DNA of 61,582 bases from Girardia tigrina. Lineage: Eukaryota. A model generated the notes under the pieces. That model searched no databases. It had not been told where the DNA came from and saw only the letters and a program-made list of their open reading frames with translations. Where the stretch lies: positions 8,001 through 69,582 of the forward strand of contig MQRK01238663.1 in the NCBI GenBank assembly GCA_001938485.1. Reading direction: 5' to 3'. Of the stretch, positions 38,901 to 47,571 are shown piece after piece. The position numbers were made by a program, and so were the translations under genes. Each line of letters begins with the position of its first letter. The first letter of the stretch is position 1.

Positions 38901-39058
38901 ACAAATGTCCTGTATATAAAACAAGTGAAAGAAAAGGAGTTCTCTCAACCACAGGTCACTCGACTAATTTCGTTCTTCCAATATTTCTGCCATCAGAAGA
39001 ACCCGTCAGTCACTGGGTAAAGAGAGGGACAGCACTCCTCTGTCAATTAGATGATTGA
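3147..39058 (+). CDS. DNAH12: Axonemal inner-arm dynein heavy chain, 3' portion (AAA4 end, stalk/MTBD, AAA5, buttress, AAA6, C-terminal domain); spliced gene model whose 5' part lies upstream of the window
   Basis: Exons join in frame through GT-AG introns. Motifs include [73 protein letters not shown] and C-terminal [15 protein letters not shown]. The DNAH12 call (versus DNAH3/7) rests on recalled similarity of [14 protein letters not shown] and needs a phylogeny. Confidence 0.93.
5666..6865 (+). CDS. DNAH12: Dynein heavy chain exon 2 (stalk coiled coil and microtubule-binding domain)
   Basis: tttag| acceptor, YVNGLDKL...NARRW, |gtgag donor at 6866. Confidence 0.95.
6912..7126 (+). CDS. DNAH12: Dynein heavy chain exon 3 (AAA5, PLMIDPQ)
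   Basis: Follows a 46-nt intron; phases match on both sides. Confidence 0.92.
7183..7375 (+). CDS. DNAH12: Dynein heavy chain exon 4 (AAA5, NPHYLPE)
   Basis: Follows a 56-nt intron; donor gtagt at 7376. Confidence 0.9.
7423..7615 (+). CDS. DNAH12: Dynein heavy chain exon 5 (buttress coiled coil, [10 protein letters not shown]...ILKKQE)
   Basis: Follows a 47-nt intron; donor gtaat at 7616. Confidence 0.9.
7664..7836 (+). CDS. DNAH12: Dynein heavy chain exon 6 ([10 protein letters not shown]...[19 protein letters not shown])
   Basis: cag| acceptor at 7663, |gtac donor at 7837; not in the ORF track, translated by hand. Confidence 0.92.
8610..10506 (-). mobile_element. 5'-truncated RTE-like LINE (RT plus C-terminal C2H2 zinc fingers) with an inverted 5' segment
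   Basis: Minus strand: [34 protein letters not shown] and two C2H2 fingers. Plus strand 10381-10506: [27 protein letters not shown] (pre-RT region). Confidence 0.88.
11368..11571. mobile_element. Tigger/pogo-type MITE
   Basis: Perfect TIR CAGTCGACTCTCGCTAATCCGTG, TA on both sides. Confidence 0.88.
11655..12020 (+). repeat. Dispersed non-coding repeat; second copy at about 22960-23520 (interrupted by a MITE)
   Basis: Shared blocks TAGAAGGGAAAATT..TTACATTTT, TCAAATTTTC.C.TTATCATTTATTGTCATCGAAA and GAAAG.AAGCTA. Confidence 0.6.
12421..14435. mobile_element. Non-autonomous TIR DNA element hosting a retrotransposon insertion
   Basis: About 40-bp TIR G(A/G)GTTCCCGTTCAAATGAATAAGTTTTGCAACC.AATGA at both ends. 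Confidence 0.8.
12895..14337 (+). mobile_element. 5'-truncated NeSL/R2-group non-LTR retrotransposon (restriction-like endonuclease), frameshifted
   Basis: [24 protein letters not shown] (decayed CCHC), ARHNAVL, DL...[18 protein letters not shown]; GC-richer 3' UTR ending at AATAAA. Confidence 0.85.
14725..15296 (-). mobile_element. Internally deleted mariner
   Basis: TIR CGAGG(A/G)GCGTTCCGAAAGTAAGTGGAAA, TA TSD; HTH remnant [11 protein letters not shown]...[21 protein letters not shown]. Confidence 0.9.
15550..15690 (+). CDS. DNAH12: Dynein heavy chain alternative exon 7A ([47 protein letters not shown])
   Basis: ttttttag| acceptor, 141 nt, phase 2/2, no stop, consensus |gtgagt donor; paralogue of exon 7B. 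Confidence 0.85.
15911..16051 (+). CDS. DNAH12: Dynein heavy chain alternative exon 7B ([47 protein letters not shown])
   Basis: tttatag| acceptor, 141 nt, phase 2/2, |gttagt donor; closer to the family consensus [13 protein letters not shown]. Confidence 0.92.
16188..16195 (+). other. Candidate 8-nt microexon GAAAGCAG (or a recursive AG|GT splice site)
   Basis: About 120 nt T-rich tract, then ttttcag|GAAAGCAG|gtaatg; frame is kept if the next exon uses the AAG at 21633. Confidence 0.4.
16586..18062 (-). mobile_element. pogo/Tigger-family transposon, degenerate
   Basis: TIR CCG(G/T)ATTTATCGGACTATAA, TA TSD, subterminal GCGACTTATA repeats; [21 protein letters not shown] (DDE_1). Confidence 0.9.
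21626..21929 (+). CDS. DNAH12: Dynein heavy chain exon 8 ([17 protein letters not shown]...RCIRPDK)
   Basis: tttag| acceptor at 21625, donor gttatt at 21930. Confidence 0.92.
21981..22385 (+). CDS. DNAH12: Dynein heavy chain exon 9 (AAA6, LSPGADP, SLGQGQG)
   Basis: Follows a 51-nt intron; donor gttcga at 22386. Confidence 0.93.
23004..23245. mobile_element. Tigger/pogo-type MITE
   Basis: Imperfect TIR CAGTAGAT..CGCTTA.AGAGAA, TA TSD. Confidence 0.8.
25232..25372 (+). CDS. DNAH12: Dynein heavy chain exon 10 ([24 protein letters not shown])
   Basis: ttcag| acceptor, |gtcagt donor; translated by hand. Confidence 0.92.
25421..25792 (+). CDS. DNAH12: Dynein heavy chain exon 11 (AAA6 lid, [11 protein letters not shown])
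   Basis: Follows a 48-nt intron; |gttagt donor. Confidence 0.93.
26539..27897 (+). mobile_element. Full-length mariner (DD34D) with frameshifted transposase (about 26709-27757)
   Basis: Perfect 28-bp TIR TTGGGTTGTTGCATAAGTTCCCGCCGTT, TA TSD; [30 protein letters not shown]. Confidence 0.95.
28767..29056 (+). CDS. DNAH12: Dynein heavy chain exon 12 ([15 protein letters not shown]...QEMERFN)
   Basis: aacag| acceptor, |gttagt donor. Confidence 0.92.
29250..30564 (+). mobile_element. Tc1-like transposon, degenerate, contains an assembly gap
   Basis: TIR CA(T/G)TGCGTTCCAAAAGTCTGTTCGCACCCAT, TA TSD; [25 protein letters not shown]. Confidence 0.93.
31669..32952 (+). mobile_element. Full-length mariner, frameshifted
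   Basis: TIR TTAGGTCTAACGGAAAGTTCTGTCCGTTT; [21 protein letters not shown]. Confidence 0.93.
33462..33666 (+). CDS. DNAH12: Dynein heavy chain exon 13 ([11 protein letters not shown])
   Basis: tag| acceptor at 33461, |gtaata donor. Confidence 0.92.
33719..33856 (+). CDS. DNAH12: Dynein heavy chain exon 14 ([25 protein letters not shown])
   Basis: Follows a 52-nt intron; |gtttgt donor; translated by hand. Confidence 0.92.
35500..35950. repeat. Degenerate (AAT)n microsatellite field flanked by about 83-bp direct repeats (35342-35424 and 35998-36080)
   Basis: AAT periodicity; both flanks end with TATAATTTATATTTTTCG(A/G)AACCCCAACA. Confidence 0.8.
36159..36250 (+). CDS. DNAH12: Dynein heavy chain exon 15 ([18 protein letters not shown])
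   Basis: ttcag| acceptor, |gtcagt donor; translated by hand. Confidence 0.92.
36310..36600 (+). mobile_element. Mariner transposase fragment
   Basis: GRPS...[11 protein letters not shown]...[10 protein letters not shown]. Confidence 0.75.
37299..38523 (-). mobile_element. Mariner (Hsmar1/cecropia-like TIR); interior is mostly an assembly gap
   Basis: TIR TTAGGTTGGTCGAAAAATAAT.GCG.TTT, TA TSD; C-terminal [10 protein letters not shown] on the minus strand. Confidence 0.85.
38797..39058 (+). CDS. DNAH12: Dynein heavy chain terminal exon ([13 protein letters not shown]...LLCQLDD*)
   Basis: ttttag| acceptor, TGA stop. Confidence 0.94.
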
Positions 39059-39123
39059 TTTAACTAAACGATATTTTGATTGGTTCATCAAGTTATAATT
39101 TGTAGCGAAATAACAAAAAAATC

Positions 39124-39129
39124 AATAAA
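39124..39129 (+). terminator. Putative polyadenylation signal of the dynein gene
   Basis: AATAAA about 65 nt after the stop, followed by T-rich sequence. Confidence 0.5.
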
Positions 39130-39356
39130 ACATTTAAGAAATTTGTTTTTTTCTTTATTGTTATTTTTTTATTATCATTTTTGTGGGTTTATATCGGTCT
39201 GGTTTCGAGCACGATCCATATTCAACAAGAGATATTGGAAAGAACAAAAGTTATTTAGAATTTGTATGTTTCAGAAATGTTTATTTAATATATCGAAAAT
39301 TGTACAGGAATCAAAACAAAAATCAATATATTTAAAACACACACTACAACAATTAT

Positions 39357-39659
39357 TTAAACAAACTTTAAGCGGTCATAATTCTCTGATGATGGCGATG
39401 TGGAGACTCTGGGACGAAGGAAGGGAGAATCAAAAGGAATCTGATTCATTTGATCAACAGTCATCGTCATTTTGCTCGCCGCTCCTACAAGCATCTTGTT
39501 TTCTTCTTCTAATGTGAAAAACGTTGGCGGTCTCGGCCGAGAACAATCCAATCTGACTCGGTTGTGTACGCGGCCCCTATACTGCTTGAGCCAGTCCTGC
39601 TCCGTGTCTGTGATTGGGTAAACACGCGGCGGCCGTTCACACTGCTCTTTACTATTATG
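39357..39659 (-). CDS. Probable terminal exon or remnant of an unidentified gene convergent on the dynein 3' end
   Basis: GC-richer, 100-codon open frame (HNSKEQCERPPRVYP...NYDRLKFV*) preceded by tag; product not recognised. Confidence 0.45.
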   Translation of the reverse strand, partial: HNSKEQCERPPRVYPITDTEQDWLKQYRGRVHNRVRLDCSRPRPPTFFTLEEENKMLVGAASKMTMTVDQMNQIPFDSPFLRPRVSTSPSSENYDRLKFV

Positions 39660-40439
39660 CTACTTGATCATTTTATTGAGGCAGATCGGCAATCTCTAGT
39701 AGGGATTCAAGAACACACAGAACAATCCCGAATAAGTATATATCAAAATGATAGTTTCAATTATTTCGATTTCAGACTCTTCACAATTTTTACTCATGCA
39801 GAGAGCCCCAGTATTACTGGAGATTGCCAAATCGATTTTCACTGGATTATTTTGGTTACCAGAATCATTATTGTTCTGAGAATCTTTAGAACATGCAAAC
39901 ATGTCGATATTCACTGAATTATTTTGGTCACGATAATTATTAATGATGGTGGACGCAATTTTAATGATCAAATTTTCCATTAATGAATTGAAGTCTTTTT
40001 TCCTCTATTTCGACCGAATTTTAACACCCAATTAAGTAATGAAATCAAAACGATATTCAATCACGCATTAATTTTATTGTTCGTGGTTTTAACAATCCTA
40101 TTTTATTTTCTGTGTATTTGGGGATTAAGAAAATGAATGAGAAACTGAAATTGTTTTTGTTTTAATACTGAAACATGAGCGCGCGATATGGGAATAATTG
40201 TAACTCTTGTAAGTTCCAATAAATATCAATGTTGTTACAAAGCTATTCGAGCGAAAATGAAAGATATGAAAATCGTGTTAAAATGTTTTGAAAAATTTAG
40301 CGGAAGCGACAGTTTTGAGATCTGGAAAAATAAATTCGGAATGTTTATAAAGATAAAGAAGATAAACGTTCCAGCTCCGTATGATATATGAGTAAAAGCA
40401 ATAAAAAAAATTAGGAAATATAATATATCGTACATTTAA

Positions 40440-42340
40440 TATGGATTTATTGCCAGCAAAAATAATTCGTTATTACCACAGTGTCTCATTTGCTTAACCC
40501 AACTGACGAATGAATCGATGAAGCATGCCTAATTATCATTACATCTCAATAAATGCCATCCTTCATTGGCCAAAAAATCCAAAGAATATTTCCAGGCGAT
40601 TAGTGACAGTGCATACTCTTCATTGTCAAAACTGAAAAACTTTCTCATCAAACGCAGTAGCGTTTCTGAGCTCACCGCCTCTTACAATATTGCATTTTTG
40701 CTTGCTAAACAAGGTCAACCACATACCATTGCTGAGGATCTCATCAAGCCCACTATCATGGAAGCGTATAAAGTAACTAATGTTTCCAATCCAAATTCTA
40801 TTATTAGCAGCATACCTCTATCCAATAATACTATTTCATCTCGCATTATTGATATGGCAGATAATGTCAAATCTATCCTTATTGAAGACTTGCAAAACAA
40901 CAGATTTTCATTAACTGTTGATGAAAGCACCTTTGTAAACCAGTCTGTACTTCTTGCTTTTGTGCGCTATGTCAAGAATTCTGAAATACGTGAGGAGCTG
41001 CTCTTTATGAAAACTTTCATGAATACTACAGGGGAACAAGTATTCAACGTTGTAGACAACTTTCTACATGCAAATAATATAAGAATGGATAACATTAACA
41101 TTATGGATTGGAAGACTCAAATTAATGAATCAATTAATTATAAACATTTGTGTGTATAATTACTTTTGTTTATTTACCTTGAACTCTTTAATTTTCACTG
41201 ATTGATTTGTTTTGTCACAAATTAAAATTAGTTCTTTTGATTAAATATTTGAAATTTGTAAAAAAAAATAAATTGATTAAATTGCAGTTTGTTTAACTGC
41301 ATCAATTGTAATAATTTAAATTTAAATTTTTAAAAGGTGAATTGTGTTTTGGGTTTTGCATTGAATTCGATATCGAAAATTTGAAAACAAAATTTAAAAA
41401 TGTCTAACTAATAATTTCCATTTGCACAGATGTTGCGCCGTCAATGATCGGCAAAAAGAAAGGATTTGTATCCAGATTTATTCAAGACAGAACCTTGTTC
41501 ACTATTCACTGTGTTTTGCATAGTGAAAATTTGGTTGCAAAAAACATGGGTAACCGTGATCTTATTGCTGTTCTCCAAACCATTGTTTCATGTTTCAATA
41601 TATTAAGAACCCCGGCTCTTCAAGACAGACTTTTTCAGAATGCTTGCCGTGATGAAAATTTTCATCGACTAGTTTACTCAACAGATGTGCGTTGGCAAAA
41701 TTTCTGAGTTTTTGCAGAACAGGCACCCTATTCTGAACAACTCACTTATTGATAATAAGATGATTATATTGTACTTGGAAGAAATATTTCGGAAACTCAA
41801 TGAACTGAATTTATAATTGCAAATGCCAGGATATGAACATTGTGTGTGCTAAACAAATTATAAAAGCATTCAGGAATAAGTTGGTACTTTGGAAAATAAA
41901 AGGTGAGAAAAATAAATTTTGTCACTTTTCCAGTTTAGACTGTAAAGAATTCGATAGCGATTTACAATCAATCATTGAGGGTCATTTGTCTTTCTTGTAT
42001 GATAACTTCCAAACTCGTTTTGAGGATCTTCTGCAGCTTAATATACCACCTTTTGTCGATTTGCTTCATACTATGACAATGGAGGATATCATGGGTCAAT
42101 CATAATGCATTCAGAATGAACTTTGCGAGGTTATCGCGGATGAGCATATGATTCAGGTCTCTAAGAAAAATTGGGTCAAGGCATGACTGCAAAACTCGGC
42201 TAAATATTAAATCTTGTTTGAAAAGGTGGAACCCTTTTTAATTAATTTACCAACGTCCAATTTGGCTGAAAAAGGCTTTTCGATTTTGCTTCATTCATTC
42301 GCAAAGCAAAGAAGGAGCTTGCACTTGAATGATAATGCAG
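40440..42340 (+). mobile_element. Degenerate hAT (Buster/Charlie, ZBED5/SCAND3-like) transposase with a roughly 320-bp AT-rich insertion at about 41093-41410
   Basis: PHTIAEDLIKP, IPLSNNTISSRI, FSLTVDEST, LLAFVRY, SICTD.APSMIG, IHCVLH.E.L, VRW, PTS.LAEKGFS. Confidence 0.88.
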
Positions 42341-42529
42341 AGTGTAAGAGTTTTGTTGTGAATTTTTTAATTTTCAGAAATAGGAAATTTGGTTTTTTAA
42401 AAATTTCGAATGATAATCGAAATAAAAAATAAAAATTTGTTTAAATAACAAATTGAACCTTTTGTATTTGAATAAATTTTGCAAGTCTTTATTTCTTTTT
42501 GATTTAGAATGGAAGATAATTTCAAACCT

Positions 42530-44995
42530 AACACAGAGATGAGGCTACGTCTAAAGTAACTTGCAACCACGGATTTCTGCTCTTGTAAGTAATTCCGTAC
42601 AGTAAGAAACAAGACAATGATGTATCAAGGGAATCACGTGGAAGTGTATGTAACATCGAGACAAAATTCGACAGGGTGCTAAGGTCAGGAGAGAGATTAA
42701 AAAGAGTGTTAGATTGCATAGGTAAAGTAGATTCAAAACTGTTAGAGGTCATTCAGAAACAGGCAGAAGTATTCATCGTTGACAAAGGGGATATTGGATG
42801 TACCAGTTTAGCAAAAAATCATATTAAGACTAATGGGGAGCGAATTAATTTAAAACCTTTTCGTCAACCAATGCCTCTTGATGAAAAAATCATGGAGACT
42901 ATTATGGTAACATATTGCGAGCGAGGCGTTGCTTGTAATTGCGATCAATTAGGTTTAATTTAATTTAAATAATTAATAATTTCATTAGTGTAAAATTTGA
43001 TATTTGGTACCTTGCATCTTGCAAATGAGAGAAGGCATTAGTTTGGTTTGAAATTTATTTTCTGTGGAATATTAATTATTTGAATTTTTATAAAAGATAC
43101 GGGTATGTATTTATATTTCAATGTTTAATTTTTTCAAATCATTCTGATCACAGAAAAAACAGATTGTATCTTGATTGTAATTTGAGTGTTTCAATACGTT
43201 TTTCAAATAATTTGTTATAATTATTTTTTATAGTATTTTTTTATTGATTTCATTAGTATGTTAAAATTAGTTTTTTTTAAAAAAAAATATGATAAAGAAT
43301 TTTGAAGGGAATTGAATTGTAGAAAGAAAAACATTTGATTATGAATTATGATTAACATTATATATGTAAAGCAAAGGAAATTTATTATGATGATTTATAT
43401 ATGTAAATATGCAGATTTAATTGAGAATTTGTTTATATGATTACACAAGGAAAATTGGCTTTACTTACAGTTTGTTTAAATGAATATTTTGATAAAAAAA
43501 TAAATATGTAGAGCGCGAAATGTTATCTTTTTTGAATTAAATACTAAATTGTTGTCAGAACAAACGAAAATACTCTTTATTAGTGAAAATATTAAATTGG
43601 TGTCAGAATTTAAACTATATTAAGAAAAAGGAAAATCGTGCTCATTCAAGAATGGCGAATGTTTTCGATTATTTCAATGTCGTATCGAATTTAACAAGTT
43701 TGAAAAGAATTAATTCTCTGTGTTGTGAGATTTGCAAAAGCGAAAAAATTCGTCGCTGTGTCGGTATCCAATTCGGATATTTGAAAATCGATAAAAACAA
43801 TCAAAAATCGATAAAACGTCGAAAGATTCTGTCAAACGAGTTCTCAAGCCTCATAAAGGAGCAATTTCAGTGCAGACAACCTAAATTCAAGTCGATAATA
43901 TTGAACGAGAAAGATCGATCAGAAATTATGTCGGAAATGATAAAAAAATCAATGCGGAATCGATTCGACTGTGTGTTTTATACACAGCAAACATGGAATA
44001 ATTGGGCTTCATAAGACTCCAGGAACGGTGGAAAGCGTCAACATGGGGTACAGTTAATGGACTCTTTCACGGGTTGTTTTATGGTATGTTTTTGCTTATT
44101 TGTAGTTTGTTTGGCACCCAATATGTATGTGTTTAATCATAATATTAAATTAACTATTTTTTTAACAAAAAGAAAAAATAATAATTCATATAAGACATGT
44201 AAGGCGCAATATTGACCCACCGATAGTGATTTATCCTTCTTCACATGTTCTTCCAGTAACGTCTGCAAAAGTTATCGTTCGAAGGCCCCAACGCCAGGTT
44301 AAGCACGTGGGTTTCTTTTCAACTCCTTTTCGTAACAACAGGGTCATACAATGTAGTTTTGACTCCCTGGATTCTTTTGCTCACATCGCTGAAATACTTT
44401 GAAAAAGGAAAATTGGCTTTACTTACAGTTTGTTTAAATGAATATTTTGATAAAAAAATAAATATGTCGAGCGCGAAATGTTATCTTTTTTTGAATTAAA
44501 TACTAAATTGTTGTCAGAACAAACGAAAATACTCTTTAATAGTGAAAATATTAAAACTCTAAAAAATTTGTATGATAATAATATCTTTCGGAAGTGTAAT
44601 TCACCTTGGAACACACCATTAATTTGTGTGTGGAAAAAAGAGAAGAAGGATTAATATATTTGGATTTTAGGCGTTTAAATGCAATAACTGAGAGACAAGC
44701 TTTTCCGATGCCCAATGTTGATGAGATGTTGGATGCTTTAGGAGGTGCAAAGTATTTTAGCTTTATTGACCTGGGAAATGCCTATTATCAGGTTGAACTG
44801 GACAAAGAATCTCAGGAAAAAACGGCATTTTCTACAAAGCAAGGACAGTATTGTTTTACTCGGATACCGTTTGGTATAGCAGTTGCACCGGGAACTTTCC
44901 AAGAGATGATGACAAAGGTAGTTAAAGGGATCATATAGTTCATATATATCATATATCACTGTATACTTAGATGATATCTTGGTGTACACAAAAGT
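42530..44995 (+). mobile_element. Ty3/Gypsy pol fragment (RT), split by a roughly 1.65-kb insertion at about 42904-44560
   Basis: DKGDIGCT...HIKT...KPFRQP, resuming at NSPWNTP, LDFRRLNAIT, IDLGNAYYQV, KTAFST, PFG...PGTFQ, YLDDILV. Confidence 0.88.
43447..44555 (+). repeat. Near-identical direct repeat pair of about 150 bp (43447-43596 and 44405-44555)
   Basis: AAGGAAAATTGGCTTTACTTACAG...AGTGAAAATATTAAA present twice with few differences. Confidence 0.9.
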
Positions 44996-45178
44996 AGTAA
45001 AAAATATTAAAAGTAGTAGTAAATAGTTGTGTTAAATTTAGTTAATATATTTGTTAAACCTATCGAATTTTTTTTATTATTACCTGCTGTTATTTTGGGG
45101 TACCATTATAGTACGAGTACAGATTCTTTCATTAATACAGAGGCTGAGTTCTGATATATTCTATAGGAATATTGAGCA

Positions 45179-45183
<5 letters not shown>

Positions 45184-45221
<38 letters not shown>

Positions 45222-45271
45222 NNNNNNNNNNNNNNNNNNNNNNNNNNNNNNNNNNNNNNNNNNNNNNNNNN

Positions 45272-45318
<47 letters not shown>
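45184..45318. repeat. (TA)n microsatellite with a gap
   Basis: Directly visible. Confidence 0.95.
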
Positions 45319-45321
<3 letters not shown>

Positions 45322-45789
45322 TATAAGCCATAAATAGTCGGTTGCCTTATAGAAAGCAATGTTATTGCGTAATCAATCAACCTTTTACAGGGTATTGCAT
45401 TTTGATAATACACCCCTTGCAATTCTATATTACACGCTTTGCTTTTCTATATTACACACATTGCACTGCACACAAAAATTGAAAATATATTTTTTTTATT
45501 TACCCCAAATACCATGGTAAGAAAAGAAAGGAAAACGCTTACAGAGGTAAAGAAGGATTTAATACTTCGATTATCACAAGACGAGTCCACAACTATGAAA
45601 AGAATTTTTTAATTCAAGAAATGGTCGATATAAACGTCAGGACGGTGTTTTTTCTGACGGTGGCATCGATTACCCGGGGTTCAAATAACCCACACTCCGT
45701 AATTACTTCTTATAATCCCGTTCCAGCTCTTTCGCCACGTCGTGATGACCATGTTGTCAAAAACATCAGAAACAATTGAGCTTTTCCTA

Positions 45790-46160
45790 CTTGATTGGGT
45801 ATGTTCTGCCAATCAAGTAGAAAAAGCTCAACTTTGGTCCACATAGTGAAATGTCATGGAACTCAAAGAGGAGTATTTGATAATGATTTTCGGGTTTTCA
45901 TTAGTAACTTTGATCACAATTATGAAAGGACAATTACTGAAGCACTCTTGATAAAGTTTTGTAAACCTAGTCTAAATGTGCAAAGTGATTCGTCCAATCA
46001 TATTAGAGTATTTTAACGTAACACATTGTGACGCAATGGTAATCTTTCTATATAAACAATAACTTTCTAATTAAATACAGAACTGAAGATGCCACAAAAG
46101 TGGCGAAACATGTTTTTGAATAAAAATTTAAAATGAAAATGGTGTTATTTGTGTTTCATA
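45790..46160 (+). mobile_element. Penelope-like element 3' end (GIY-YIG C-terminus plus pLTR)
   Basis: H...H...F.V...ERTITEALLIKFCKPSLNVQ, followed by a minimal hammerhead motif and AATAAA. Confidence 0.8.
46078..46118 (+). ncRNA. Minimal type I hammerhead ribozyme (Penelope-type), weak stem I
   Basis: CTGAAGA-T-GCCAC-AAAA-GTGGC-GAAA-CATG-TT: conserved core, 5-bp stem II, palindromic ACATGT stem III. Confidence 0.75.
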
Positions 46161-47187
46161 TATATATCAAAGAATCGAATTTTAAGTACTTTTTTGAGAA
46201 TTTCAGAAATATTCGAAAAAATTGATTTTTCAGCACTTTTTCGAAAATGTTGATATGGAATCTGAATGTACGTATATTGGTTTCTATTCAAGTGCATCAG
46301 TACATTTTTGATATTCTGCTTTCTTGTGCCTGTAAAATCGATGTGCTTTTTGAGTGAATTTACATATTATGTTAATTATAGGAAAAAGTGATCAATATAC
46401 GAAAATTCTAATTGCACATTTGGATAGACAATCAAAATGTGCATCAAACAATGATATCGATTTTTAACACTAGCACTTTTAAAGATTTTATGTGTTGATT
46501 TTTGTACTTTCGCACATGTACAACCTAAATAGCACTGTGTTAGCACATTAAAAATGTGAGGCACAATGTGCACTATCGATTAGCACATTTTTACACTGTG
46601 CAGCGATTGATTAGCACTTTTTTCTACGGTTGCAATGGAAAGAGTCACGGTTACCGTTAACATGGTTACAACTACATTGAATTACTGTATCCTTTGCTAA
46701 TGTAAACGTCCCCTTGTTTACCGTTGCTATGGACCCGGGAGCCAATCAGAAGCGTTTTCAAGTAAACCGGAACCGTTGCCATATAGACGGGAACCAATCA
46801 GAAGCGTTGCTAGGGAAATCGGAACCGTTCACATGGTAACCGCGACCGTTGATATGGCCATCGCGACCATTGCCATGGTCACGGTGACCCCCGGAGGTGG
46901 TGTTGACTTCTTATTTTTCCCCTACTATTTAGAATTGGTTTTTTCTAAATTGATTTAAATTATGGTTGTATTGTTATTTTGGTTTTTTAATTTTTTATCT
47001 TCACAGAACCTGATGTTTTTATGTGAATTTATTAGTTTTTTTAGTTAATTAATGAAAATTTATTATATATAATGTTAAAAAATTACATTGTTGTTAAAAA
47101 GAAATTGTTTAAATAATAGAAAAATTGCGGTAACGCAAAAGAATTGTACAAAAGTTTGAAAATATATGAAATTAAATAAAAAATGTT

Positions 47188-47571
47188 TTATTTGGTGGAC
47201 AGGAAGCCATGTCTCCATGTTTTGGAAAGAGAAGAACTGTCTGTCAAGTTATCATATAAAGCACTCAGAGATTCTCCTCGTTGAATTACATCATCAATGT
47301 TTTTCACCATAACTCTATGAACATTTAAATTAGAATTAATTTGAGTAAAAGTTATTGGTGTTCGGATGACTGTATATTTCTTTCGTGAATTTTGAATATC
47401 TTTATGACATCTTGTCACGGCGATCACAATCGGAGTGTTTCCGATTAGGCCAGGAGCATCAATAGAACAACAATCATTTCGCTTACTGTAATCGATTTTA
47501 TCGGATGACAATTTTAAAGAATCTCTCAAATGTTCACAATATGAATCCAATATAAATTCATTGGACCTCAT
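47188..47571 (-). pseudogene. Chimeric ORF whose C-terminal half is a Sec22-like R-SNARE motif lacking the longin domain and TM anchor
   Basis: IQNSRKKY...QINSNLNVHRVMVKNIDDVIQRGESLSAL...SSLSK resembles Sec22b IQKTKKLY...[29 protein letters not shown]...SSLSK (from recall). Confidence 0.7.

Noticed and set aside
39660-39698. Stop-codon reassignment or readthrough suggested by two in-frame TAGs
   Set aside because: About 1,600 dynein codons contain no in-frame stop, so the code looks standard; an intron or decay is simpler
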